Below are positions 8,463 through 17,758 of a DNA stretch of 20,000 nt, piece by piece (within the stretch, counting starts at the first letter, position 1; every line of letters starts with the position of its first letter). The notes beneath the pieces are model-generated. The model searched no databases and was not told the origin of the DNA. It worked only from the letters and a program-made list of their open reading frames with translations. The DNA lies in the IMG/VR virus record IMGVR_UViG_3300044619_001509. One strand, given 5' to 3'. The stretch comes from an uncultured virus (IMG/VR IMGVR_UViG_3300044619_001509). Lineage: Duplodnaviria > Heunggongvirae > Uroviricota > Caudoviricetes. The position numbers and the translations under genes are program-made.

Positions 8463-10974
8463 TATTGGAATTCGTGGTAACAATATTCTTTACAGGGGTT
8501 ACGAAAACGGTAAAAGAGTCCATGAAAAGGTTGCTTTTTCCCCTACTCTGTTTGTTCCCACAAATAAAAAAACCATATACAAAACCCTTTTTGGTCAGCA
8601 CCTAGAACCGTTTAAGCCTGGTTCTATTAACGATTGTCGTGACTTTTTAGATCGGTATTCGGATGTCGATAATTTTGACATTTACGGAAATACTGACTAC
8701 AAATATCAGTTTATTGCTGAAGAATTTTGTCACGAACTGGAGTATGATATTGACAAATTTAATGTGGCATACATAGATATAGAAACCAAATGTGAAGAGG
8801 GCTTCCCCGATGCAAATGTCGCCAATGAAGAAATTATTGTTATTACTGTTCGCATGGGGAGTACTATTTATACCTTCGGACTTAATGATTTTGGCGCTGT
8901 TTCTAATAACCATGAATGTTATGTCTTCAGAAGCGAATCAGACCTCCTCGAATCATTCCTAGAATTTTGGGAACAAAAAGACATTGATATAGTAACTGGT
9001 TGGAATATCAACTTTTTTGATATTCCTTATCTTATTAATAGAATCAATAAGATTTTGGGTGACGGGGAAGCAAAAAGACTTTCTCCGTGGAATCATATCA
9101 AGGAAAGAATTGTTACGGTAATGCAGCGAGATTATACTGTGTATGATCTTGTTGGTATTTCTACTCTTGATTATTTTGATCTTTATCGAAAGTTGACATT
9201 TGTAAACCGTGAATCATACAAGTTGGATCATATTGCATATGTCGAACTTGGTGAAAGAAAGACTTCATATACCGAATATGACAGTCTAAGAGACTTCTAC
9301 ACAAAGAACTTTCCGAAGTTTGTCGAGTATAATGTGCGAGATGTTGATCTTGTCGTTAAACTTGAGGAAAAATTGAAGTTGATGGAACTTGCTCTGAGAA
9401 TTGCTTATTCGGCAAAAGTAAACCATAACGATATCTTCTCACAAGTAAAGACTTGGGATCAGATCATTTATCATCATTTGAACTCTCAAAACATTATTAT
9501 TCCTCTAAAGAAAGAACAAGAGGAAAAGGAAGACAAGTTTATTGGTGCGTATGTAAAGGAACCCGAAGTCGGAATGCACAAATGGATCGCATCGTTTGAC
9601 TTGGATTCTTTGTATCCACATTTGATTATGCAGTATAATCTTTCGCCAGAAACTATCACATCGGATGGTGCAAGAAATAGTTTTTCTGTTGATGATGTTT
9701 TGGATGAAACAAATAAATTTAAAACATCCATGAAGAGATACTCATCAAAAGATTTGTCTGTCGCAGCAAACGCAACGACCTATCGCAAAGATAAGCAAGG
9801 GTTCTTACCAAAGTTGATGGAAACTTTGTACGAAGAGCGAAAGATGTTTAAAAATAAAATGTTGGAAGCAAAAGCAAAACTTGCCAAACTTCCCGATACT
9901 GCTACGGTTGAAGAGAGGAGCAAACTGAAGAAAGAGATTGCAAAGAATCACAACTTCCAGTTGGCAAGAAAGATTCAACTTAACTCGGCTTTCGGTGCAA
10001 TTGGAAATCAATATTTTAGATACTTTAACTTGGATATTGCGGAAGCAATTACTTTGTCGGGTCAATTGTCGATTCGTTGGATTGAAACCTGTCTAAACGA
10101 TTACATGAACAATGCAGTCGGAACAAAAAACGAAAACTATGTTATTGCCAGTGATACAGATAGTATTTACTTGCGAATGGATACATTGGTTAATAAAGTA
10201 TTACCAAATGATACGGACGAGAAAAAAGTAAAGTTTTTGTTGAATGTTTGTGATAAAGCACTACAACCGTTCATTGAAGAAAAATACCAAGGATTAGCAA
10301 CCAAAATGAATGTATATGCACAGAAAATGCATATGAAGCGCGAAGCGATTGCAAACAAAGGTATTTGGACTGCCAAGAAACGATACATGTTAAATGTAAT
10401 GGTTGGTGAAAGTGGAGTAATACTCAAGACACCCGAACAAAAGATTCTGGGTGTCGAAACCGCACGATCATCTACGCCAGAAATTGTTCGTGATGCATTG
10501 GGTGATTGTATTAATATTATTCTCAATGGTACGGAAGATGAGATGAGAGAATATATTGCGAACTTTGAAAAGAAATTCAACGAATCTTCAATTGAAGATG
10601 TTTCATTCCCTCGCGGATGTAATGGAATGGAAAAGTATGCAGATTCTACACTAATCTACAAAAAATCTACTCCAATTGCAGTAAAGGGTGCATTGCTGTA
10701 TAATAACTTTATACGCAAGAACAAACTTCAAAAGAAGTATTCTCTGATCAAAGATGGAGAAAAGATAAAATTTGTTTATCTGAAGCAACCCAACACGATT
10801 GGTGGTTCTGTTGTTTCTTTTGTGGGAAGAGTCCCCGATGAATTTGACTTGAGACGATTTGTGGATTTTGACAAGCAGTTTGAGATTTCATTCAAAGAAC
10901 CGCTCTGTAATATTTTAAATGTAATTGGTTGGAAATTTAAAAAGGAAAACACTCTTGAATCCCTGTTTGCTTGA
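8437..10974 (+). CDS. gp43: Family B replicative DNA polymerase
   Basis: ExoI YIDIET, ExoII TGWNINFFDIPY, ExoIII YNVRDV; motif A SFDLDSLYPH, motif B KIQLNSAFGAIGN, motif C ASDTDS; KKRY; C-terminal clamp-binding TLESLFA. Likely ATG at 8437; no intron or intein. Confidence 0.98.
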   Translation: MSNQKIYTNIGIRGNNILYRGYENGKRVHEKVAFSPTLFVPTNKKTIYKTLFGQHLEPFKPGSINDCRDFLDRYSDVDNFDIYGNTDYKYQFIAEEFCHELEYDIDKFNVAYIDIETKCEEGFPDANVANEEIIVITVRMGSTIYTFGLNDFGAVSNNHECYVFRSESDLLESFLEFWEQKDIDIVTGWNINFFDIPYLINRINKILGDGEAKRLSPWNHIKERIVTVMQRDYTVYDLVGISTLDYFDLYRKLTFVNRESYKLDHIAYVELGERKTSYTEYDSLRDFYTKNFPKFVEYNVRDVDLVVKLEEKLKLMELALRIAYSAKVNHNDIFSQVKTWDQIIYHHLNSQNIIIPLKKEQEEKEDKFIGAYVKEPEVGMHKWIASFDLDSLYPHLIMQYNLSPETITSDGARNSFSVDDVLDETNKFKTSMKRYSSKDLSVAANATTYRKDKQGFLPKLMETLYEERKMFKNKMLEAKAKLAKLPDTATVEERSKLKKEIAKNHNFQLARKIQLNSAFGAIGNQYFRYFNLDIAEAITLSGQLSIRWIETCLNDYMNNAVGTKNENYVIASDTDSIYLRMDTLVNKVLPNDTDEKKVKFLLNVCDKALQPFIEEKYQGLATKMNVYAQKMHMKREAIANKGIWTAKKRYMLNVMVGESGVILKTPEQKILGVETARSSTPEIVRDALGDCINIILNGTEDEMREYIANFEKKFNESSIEDVSFPRGCNGMEKYADSTLIYKKSTPIAVKGALLYNNFIRKNKLQKKYSLIKDGEKIKFVYLKQPNTIGGSVVSFVGRVPDEFDLRRFVDFDKQFEISFKEPLCNILNVIGWKFKKENTLESLFA

Positions 10975-12247
10975 TCTTGTAGATGAAATTAAAAAATGTG
11001 CAGACTCAAATGGACTTCCTATCATACCTTACGATAAGTGGAATGATATGAATAACAATTATTCCAAGCAGGATATTAAAGATGCTCTTGCTTATTACAT
11101 TGTTACAGAAAAACCAAAGTTTCCATTTCGTGAGATAGAGGAGTCTGAAGCGGCAAAGAAGTTTCATAGACTCTGTAAGGAAGATTATAATAAGTTTTAT
11201 ATTCCTAGATCTTTGTTGCACACAAGAGATGTTCTTGAAAAATATGATGATTACAAGTATCCCTTTTCTGTTTATGGAAACGGACTAATACAATTTGGTC
11301 ATTACTATAATGATATTAGTAATATCTTTCAGCAAGAAAATCGATACTCTTGTGGATCATATGGATTTGCTGCGCCACTTGAGATTTGGAAAGATGAACA
11401 ACTTCTTCGTAAGATGAACTATACATTTTGGAGATTGGGTAACAAGAGCGTAGGACTTCACAATTGGAGAGGATCTTTTCGCTTGGGTGCTTATGTTGCA
11501 ACTCAATTTAAACCTCATGTTGCAAAGACAATATATGATTTAACCAAAGCAAAATCTGTCATGGATACGAGTTGTGGATGGGGAGATCGTCTTGCTGCAT
11601 TTTATGCTTCGAACGCATACGAATATTATGGTTGCGATCCAAACGAAAAAGTATTTGAAACATACAAAAAACAATGTGTTTGGTATGAAAAACAATTAGG
11701 TTGTAATGAACCCTATATCAAAGAAGAAGAAGATTATTTCTTTTGTTGGGGTAAAAAGTATGTGGTGATACACAGAAAACCCGCAGAAGATATAGATTGG
11801 AATACTAGATCCAATCCAATTGATTGTTTATTTACTTCTCCTCCATATTTTTCTACGGAACTTTACAATAGGGGTGGAGAAAACGAAAAAGATCAATCAT
11901 GGGCCAGATACATTGAATATAGTAACTGGAGAGATGGGTTCTTGTTTCCAATGCTAACAAATGCATGGAAAGTAATCAATGATGGGGGATATGTAATGAT
12001 TAATATTATGGATCCTGTTATTGGTGGAATAAGATACAGAACTTGCGATGAAATGGTTGACTTTATGTGCAATCAACTAGGAGCAAACTTTATTGGTCAA
12101 ATTGGCATGAGAATCAAACAAAGACCAAAAAAGACAAACGATCTGTCTGCTTTCCTAGAAAAAGATTTTATTGAAAATATTTGGTGCTTTGGTAAAGGGG
12201 TTGACAAACTACCTACTAATGGTACACTAGAAAACTATATGGAGTAA
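10955..12247 (+). CDS. SAM-dependent DNA amino-methyltransferase (N4-C or N6-A)
   Basis: QFKP..AK, motif I MDTSCGWGDRL, YYGCDPN, motif IV FTSPPYF, GGYVMINI. Probable TTG start at 10955, 8 nt after AAGGA, overlapping the end of gp43. Confidence 0.85.
   Translation: MNPCLLDLVDEIKKCADSNGLPIIPYDKWNDMNNNYSKQDIKDALAYYIVTEKPKFPFREIEESEAAKKFHRLCKEDYNKFYIPRSLLHTRDVLEKYDDYKYPFSVYGNGLIQFGHYYNDISNIFQQENRYSCGSYGFAAPLEIWKDEQLLRKMNYTFWRLGNKSVGLHNWRGSFRLGAYVATQFKPHVAKTIYDLTKAKSVMDTSCGWGDRLAAFYASNAYEYYGCDPNEKVFETYKKQCVWYEKQLGCNEPYIKEEEDYFFCWGKKYVVIHRKPAEDIDWNTRSNPIDCLFTSPPYFSTELYNRGGENEKDQSWARYIEYSNWRDGFLFPMLTNAWKVINDGGYVMINIMDPVIGGIRYRTCDEMVDFMCNQLGANFIGQIGMRIKQRPKKTNDLSAFLEKDFIENIWCFGKGVDKLPTNGTLENYME
12201..12228 (+). 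promoter_or_regulatory. sigma70-type promoter in the 3' end of the methyltransferase gene, driving uvsX-gp41
   Basis: TTGACA (12201-12206), 16 nt spacer, TACACT (12223-12228), extended -10 TG at 12220-12221; 21 nt before the uvsX ATG, which has a GGAG SD. Confidence 0.72.
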
Positions 12248-12249
12248 AT

Positions 12250-13317
12250 ATGAGTAATATACTAAACAAAATTAAAAAGAATTCAACAATCACAGAATCC
12301 GATATATTAACGACATCAAAATACTTTGCTAAAAAGGACATGATTGCAACAAGTGTTCCTGTAATCAATCTTGCTTTATCTGGCAGACTTGATGGTGGAT
12401 TTGTTCCTGGCGTTACGATGTGGGCGGGACCGAGTAAACATTTTAAAACAGCATTTTCTTTGCTGATGGCAAAGTCATATATGCAAAAGTATCCCGATTC
12501 TGCTTTGTTATTTTATGATTCGGAGTTCGGAACTCCCCAATCATATTTTGAAAGTTTTGGAATTGATACAAATAGAGTATTGCATACACCAATCAAAGAT
12601 ATCGAACAACTAAAGTTTGATATCATAAGACAATTACAAGGGCTGGAACGCGGAGAAAGAGTAATTATTGTTATTGATTCGATTGGTAATTTGGCTTCAA
12701 AGAAAGAAGTGGATGATGCAGTTGAAGGTAAATCAGTAGCAGACATGAGTAGAGCAAAGCAAATCAAGTCTTTGTTTCGTATGGTAACTCCATATCTTGT
12801 TATGAACGACATTCCGATGGTTGTGGTAAATCATACTTACAAAGAAATTGGAATGTATCCAAAAGATATTGTGGGTGGTGGTACTGGTTCGTATTATTCA
12901 GCGGATACTATCTTTATTCTTGGAAGACAACAAGAGAAGGATGGAACCGAACTCACAGGTTACAATTTTATTATTAATGTAGAGAAGTCTCGTTATGTAA
13001 AAGAAAAATCAAAAATTCCTATCTCTGTTTCATTTGAAGGTGGTATAAGTACATGGAGTGGGTTGCTCGACATAGCACTTGAAACAGGACATGTTGTGAA
13101 ACCATCGAATGGATGGTATACTAGCACTCTAGACAAGGAAAACAAGAAATACCGATTGAAGGAAACAGAATGTAAGGAATTCTGGCTTCCAATTCTTACC
13201 GATCCTACTTTCCAAAAAGTAGTTCAAGACACTTACGCAATCGGACAAAAAGTTATCTTGACCGCTGATACTGAACTATTAAACGCCATTAACGAAGCAG
13301 CTAAAAATTTAGAATAA
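12250..13317 (+). CDS. uvsX: RecA-like recombinase UvsX
   Basis: NLALSGRLDGG, Walker A AGPSKHFKT, FYDSEFG, IDSIGNLASKKE, DMSRAK, VNHTY, GGGTGSYYSAD, KSRYVKEK. Confidence 0.97.
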   Translation: MSNILNKIKKNSTITESDILTTSKYFAKKDMIATSVPVINLALSGRLDGGFVPGVTMWAGPSKHFKTAFSLLMAKSYMQKYPDSALLFYDSEFGTPQSYFESFGIDTNRVLHTPIKDIEQLKFDIIRQLQGLERGERVIIVIDSIGNLASKKEVDDAVEGKSVADMSRAKQIKSLFRMVTPYLVMNDIPMVVVNHTYKEIGMYPKDIVGGGTGSYYSADTIFILGRQQEKDGTELTGYNFIINVEKSRYVKEKSKIPISVSFEGGISTWSGLLDIALETGHVVKPSNGWYTSTLDKENKKYRLKETECKEFWLPILTDPTFQKVVQDTYAIGQKVILTADTELLNAINEAAKNLE

Positions 13318-13318
13318 T

Positions 13319-14734
13319 ATGAATACAATTGAAGACATCATATTCAGAAACCTTATATCAAACGAATCTTATATGAGAAGAGTTCTTCCATTTATCAAGG
13401 AAGAATACTTTCAAACAAAGTCTGAAAAACTTCTCTTTAAGGAGATTCACAAATATGTTACAACTTACAATTCTCTTCCATCAATTGATGCACTTAAAAT
13501 TGAGATACAAAACTCAAGTGAATTGACTCAAAAAGAATTTGATGATTTGTCTACTCGTCTTGAGAACCTCAAGGAAATTGAAAAAGCAGATGAAGAATGG
13601 ATTGTAGACAAGACAGAAACATTCTGTAAAGATAAAGCAATCTACAATGCGATTCTTGAGTCGATTCATATCATCGAAGGTAAGTCAAAGACAAAGACTA
13701 GTTCTGCTTTGCCGCAGTTACTTTCAGATGCATTGGCAGTTTCATTTGATCCACATATCGGACACGACTATCTTGAAGATGGCGAAAAACGATATGACTT
13801 CTATCATAAAATCGAAACAAGAATGCCATTTGATTTGGAATATTTCAATGATATTACAAATGGTGGTACTCCATCTAAAACACTGAATGTTATTTTGGCA
13901 GGAACAGGTGTTGGAAAGTCTTTGTTTATGTGTCATCATGCTGCAAACTGTTGGATGCAGAACAAGAATGTCTTATACATTACTTGTGAAATGGCGGAAG
14001 AAAGAATTGCAGAAAGAATTGATGCAAATCTCATGGATACAACTCTTGATGATTTGAAAACACTTCCTCAAGATGTGTACATAAAGAAACTTGATAGAAT
14101 TCAAAAAAACATTACCAGCAAATTGATCATTAAGGAATATCCTACAGCATCCGCAAATGCCAATCACTTTAGATTTTTGCTAGACGAACTTCAACTCAAG
14201 AAGAAGTTTACTCCTGATATTATTTTTATCGATTATCTCAACATCTGTGCTTCTGCTAGATTCAAGGCAAATGGTAGTGTAAACTCATACACTTACATTA
14301 AAGCAATTGCAGAGGAACTTCGTGGTTTGGCTGTGGAGAGAAATGTCCCTATCTTTACAGCGACTCAAACTAACCGCCAAGGTTATTCGAATTCTGATGT
14401 TGGCCTTGAAGATACATCCGAGTCGTTTGGTCTTCCTGCCACTGCTGACTTTATGTTTGCTATAATGACGAATGAAGAGTTTGAAAAAAATGGACAGATA
14501 CTTGTAAAGCAGCTTAAGAACCGCTATAATGATCTAGCGACTAAGAGAAAGTTCTTAGTAGGTGTCAACAAGTCAAAGATGAAACTCTATGACCTTGACG
14601 AATCCGCACAAGACGGTCTTGTGGGGACAGGTGAAGAAGACGATATTGGTACGGAAGGTTTCGATAACAAATTCAAAAAAAACCGTGACTCGTATCGGGA
14701 AAAAGCTAATTCATGGAAAATGAATAATGAATGA
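13319..14734 (+). CDS. gp41: DnaB-like replicative helicase
   Basis: FDPHIGHDY, Walker A LAGTGVGKS, EMAEERIAERIDAN, IDYLNIC, IAEELRGLAVE, TATQTNR, SESFGLPATAD, KQLKNRY. Confidence 0.97.
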   Translation: MNTIEDIIFRNLISNESYMRRVLPFIKEEYFQTKSEKLLFKEIHKYVTTYNSLPSIDALKIEIQNSSELTQKEFDDLSTRLENLKEIEKADEEWIVDKTETFCKDKAIYNAILESIHIIEGKSKTKTSSALPQLLSDALAVSFDPHIGHDYLEDGEKRYDFYHKIETRMPFDLEYFNDITNGGTPSKTLNVILAGTGVGKSLFMCHHAANCWMQNKNVLYITCEMAEERIAERIDANLMDTTLDDLKTLPQDVYIKKLDRIQKNITSKLIIKEYPTASANANHFRFLLDELQLKKKFTPDIIFIDYLNICASARFKANGSVNSYTYIKAIAEELRGLAVERNVPIFTATQTNRQGYSNSDVGLEDTSESFGLPATADFMFAIMTNEEFEKNGQILVKQLKNRYNDLATKRKFLVGVNKSKMKLYDLDESAQDGLVGTGEEDDIGTEGFDNKFKKNRDSYREKANSWKMNNE

Positions 14735-14921
14735 AAAGCAATACAAGCAAGTCCAGTACATCAACGCGAACGATAATCGTTCGTTTGATGAAAAATTTAA
14801 GACTCTTCCCTTTGTACGCGAAGAAGACCTTGAAGAGTGGAAAAATTGGTGGGAAGGTTTAATGAATCTTCGCAACGAAGCGAATGCTAATAATCAGTAT
14901 TTCAAAACAAATAAGCGATAA
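14727..14921 (+). CDS. Small hypothetical protein
   Basis: 64 aa ORF filling the gap between gp41 and gp61, overlapping both (TAATG with primase). Confidence 0.6.
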   Translation: MNEKQYKQVQYINANDNRSFDEKFKTLPFVREEDLEEWKNWWEGLMNLRNEANANNQYFKTNKR

Positions 14922-15928
14922 TGTCAATTATTGTAGATAAAAAGTTTATTGGTTTGGTCTCTCCAATACTTGACAAGTTCAAGTGGAAGAAGAGCGATCT
15001 TGCCAATTTTAGATGCCCAATCTGTGGTGACTCTAAGAAAAGCAAAGTAAAGGCTCGTGCCTACTTCTTTTCTAAAAAGAACAGTATGTTTTTCTATTGT
15101 CAAAACTGCGGAGCATCCCATTCTTTTTATCGGTTTTTGGAAATTGTTTCCCCATCTCTCTGCAAAGAATATTCGCTTGAGAGGTGGAAGGAAAACGGAG
15201 AATATAAAATAGATTCTCCTGCGCCAAACATAAAGTTTGAGCAACCCATTTTTCATAAGGACATGAAAAATGCACAAAGGTTGGATACTTTGGAAGAAAA
15301 TCATATGTGCGTTACATATGTACGAGAAAGGAAGATTCCAATATCTTCCTATTCTCGTTTGTATTATGTTGATAATTATGGGAGTTGGTTGCAAAGTATT
15401 GATCCAACAATTACCAATATTCCCAACGATAAACGATTGGTAATTCCAATCTTCAATGCAAACGGTCTATTAATAGGTGTTCAAGGACGGACTTTAGAAA
15501 ACAGTCATTTGCGTTACATTACGAAAAAATTTGATGATGAAATCGAACGCTTGTGGTTTGGGCTCGATCAAAAGATCGAATCGGAAACAGTCTATGTTGT
15601 CGAAGGCCCAATTGATTCTCTCTTTATCCCTAATTGTGTTGCTATGCTTGGCATCAATAGCGGCAACATCCCAAAGCCATTGAGAGGAAAACGAATTATT
15701 TTTGTTGTGGACAACGAACCACGAAACAAAGATGTAATTCGTAGAATGTATGATCTAATTGATGCAAAACGCGAAATCGTCATATGGCCAGAAACCATTG
15801 TAGAAAAAGATATCAATGATATGGTTCTTAGTGGAATGAGTCCTATTGAAATTGTAAAAATTATTCAAGACAATGCTTGTTCTGGTCTTGAAGCAAAGTT
15901 AAAATTAAATGAATGGAAAAAAATATGA
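14921..15928 (+). CDS. gp61: DNA primase
   Basis: Zn ribbon NFRCPICGDS...CQNCG, RLVIP, QGR, TOPRIM VVEGPIDSLF, DNEPRN, KDINDM. Confidence 0.97.
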   Translation: MSIIVDKKFIGLVSPILDKFKWKKSDLANFRCPICGDSKKSKVKARAYFFSKKNSMFFYCQNCGASHSFYRFLEIVSPSLCKEYSLERWKENGEYKIDSPAPNIKFEQPIFHKDMKNAQRLDTLEENHMCVTYVRERKIPISSYSRLYYVDNYGSWLQSIDPTITNIPNDKRLVIPIFNANGLLIGVQGRTLENSHLRYITKKFDDEIERLWFGLDQKIESETVYVVEGPIDSLFIPNCVAMLGINSGNIPKPLRGKRIIFVVDNEPRNKDVIRRMYDLIDAKREIVIWPETIVEKDINDMVLSGMSPIEIVKIIQDNACSGLEAKLKLNEWKKI

Positions 15929-16575
15929 ATGAAGAAGAATTTGATAAGTACAATGAACAATTGCTCAACACTGTTCTACAATTTAATGAACTGTTTTCAG
16001 ATTATATAAAAGAAATGGATCCCGTTCTTTGGAATAAAGCAAGAGAATATGCTAAGGATTTTTCTAAGAACGAATCAATAATTCTAGAAGAAGTATCTGA
16101 AAAGACGCCAGAAAAGATTTTATCCAACACTCAACGACAAACTATTTTTCTTAAACTCACAGCATCTTATATTCAAAATATTTCAAATGAATATCAAGAA
16201 TTTGTTCTGGAAAATATAAAACTTTCCACGGAAGAAATTAAAAGCAAATGGTTGAAGAAAAATAAAGACAATAACTATACAGAAAAAGATCCATTTGGAG
16301 CAGAGAAAGATCTTGATCTTTTTATCTCATGTAATCACCGATTCTCTTTTGATAAATTCGATGATAGTGATTGGATGGATTACATTTATATCCTGATAAA
16401 TTGCACAAAAGATATTAATTTTGTAAAGAGATTCAAGAAGATTTTCGAAGAGCATCACACGGAAGATAATAAAGAACTTTATAACTACTATCGGGCTTGT
16501 ATGGGCGCATATGCTGCTCAGATTCGAATGCTTCAAAAACTCGAAAACAAGGAAGAACAAGATGACACCGAATAA
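15925..16575 (+). CDS. Hypothetical acidic, helical protein
   Basis: ~216 aa ORF with ATGA overlap with primase; no recognisable motif. Confidence 0.6.
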   Translation: MNEEEFDKYNEQLLNTVLQFNELFSDYIKEMDPVLWNKAREYAKDFSKNESIILEEVSEKTPEKILSNTQRQTIFLKLTASYIQNISNEYQEFVLENIKLSTEEIKSKWLKKNKDNNYTEKDPFGAEKDLDLFISCNHRFSFDKFDDSDWMDYIYILINCTKDINFVKRFKKIFEEHHTEDNKELYNYYRACMGAYAAQIRMLQKLENKEEQDDTE

Positions 16576-17230
16576 TCCTGTTAGGCTTATTTCTGTTACT
16601 ACTCCTCAATTAGAGGAATTTAAGAATTTGTCCGCAGATGAATTGCTTGCTGCAATTGCAAGAGTAAGCAATCCAAACAATCAAACCAATACAGAAACGA
16701 TGCCAAAAATGTTAAAGTATTGTATTGATCATAAGCATTGGAGTGTGTTTGAGATGGTTGATATGACTGTTGAGATTACAACTTCAAGAATGATTGCTGC
16801 TCAAATTTTGCGTCATCGTAGTTTTGTGTTCCAAGAGTTTTCCCAAAGATACGCAAAAGCAAGCAATTTTGTTCCTATTGTCCCGAGAAGACAAGACACA
16901 AAGAATCGGCAAAATTCTATTGATGATCTTGACGAAGAGACAAAGAAAGCATTTATACAATATCAATATGATAAATGGATAGAAAATAAAAACATGTATG
17001 ATTTCTTCATCGAAAAAGGTGTAGCAAAGGAATGTGCTAGAGGTATTTTACCTTTAAACACAGAAACTACCCTATACATGAAAGGCAATGTCCGTAGTTG
17101 GATACATTACCTCGAAATTCGTACTGATCCGTCCACTCAATTAGAACACCGAGAAATCGCTGTCGAGATTAAAAAAATCTTTGTGGAGACTTTTCCTATT
17201 GTAGCATCTGCGCTGAATTGGAAAACATAA
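16562..17230 (+). CDS. thyX: Flavin-dependent thymidylate synthase
   Basis: [14 protein letters not shown], ThyX motif [47 protein letters not shown] at 16562 after AAGGA. Confidence 0.97.
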   Translation: MTPNNPVRLISVTTPQLEEFKNLSADELLAAIARVSNPNNQTNTETMPKMLKYCIDHKHWSVFEMVDMTVEITTSRMIAAQILRHRSFVFQEFSQRYAKASNFVPIVPRRQDTKNRQNSIDDLDEETKKAFIQYQYDKWIENKNMYDFFIEKGVAKECARGILPLNTETTLYMKGNVRSWIHYLEIRTDPSTQLEHREIAVEIKKIFVETFPIVASALNWKT

Positions 17231-17233
17231 ATA
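17226..17233 (+). promoter_or_regulatory. T4-type late promoter variant CATAAATA
   Basis: 7/8 match to TATAAATA, at the boundary between replication and structural genes, 6 nt before the ATG at 17240. Confidence 0.65.
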
Positions 17234-17239
17234 CTGTAC

Positions 17240-17758
17240 ATGAATAATTTTAAGAATTACCTAAAAGAATCCTCAATTGAACCAGCAAAACTAAGTTCTG
17301 GTAATTATTCAATTGGCGACAAGTTTAGGTTAATGACTAAAATTGCGGGTACAAATTACGATAAAGATCATGTATTTACCATAACCGAGAACGATGACCT
17401 TTCAAAGATTATCAAACTTGGTGGTATTGGTGAATACTCTTTTTTTGACGAAAATAACACAAAAATAACATTACATGCTGGTCCTCAAATAATTGATGGT
17501 TTATTTGAGCATATTCCACCACCTCCCGTAGAAGAACAACCCCCAAGCGTTCAAATAATTCGTGAAACTATAATTCAACCAACTGTAATTGAAAAAATTA
17601 TAGAAAAAGTTATAGTAGAAAAACCTGTCCGTGGCCCTATGGGGCCAGTTGGACCACAAGGTGAAAAGGGAGATACTGTTTTTCTGATAAATATTGATGG
17701 TGGAAGTCCCGATGAAGTTTATGGTGGGACTGTTCCTATTGATGGAGGTTGGATCTAA
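17240..17758 (+). CDS. Putative late virion protein with Pro-rich linker and short collagen stretch
   Basis: N-terminus MNNFKNYLKE, PPPPVEE linker, IEKIIEKVIVEK repeat, five Gly-X-Y triplets, C-terminal IDGG...IDGG. Confidence 0.65.
   Translation: MNNFKNYLKESSIEPAKLSSGNYSIGDKFRLMTKIAGTNYDKDHVFTITENDDLSKIIKLGGIGEYSFFDENNTKITLHAGPQIIDGLFEHIPPPPVEEQPPSVQIIRETIIQPTVIEKIIEKVIVEKPVRGPMGPVGPQGEKGDTVFLINIDGGSPDEVYGGTVPIDGGWI

Noticed and set aside
8437..17230. Introns, inteins or homing endonucleases in gp43, uvsX, gp41, gp61 or thyX
   Set aside because: Lengths and motif spacing are normal; no LAGLIDADG, HNH, GIY-YIG or intein splice motifs were seen.
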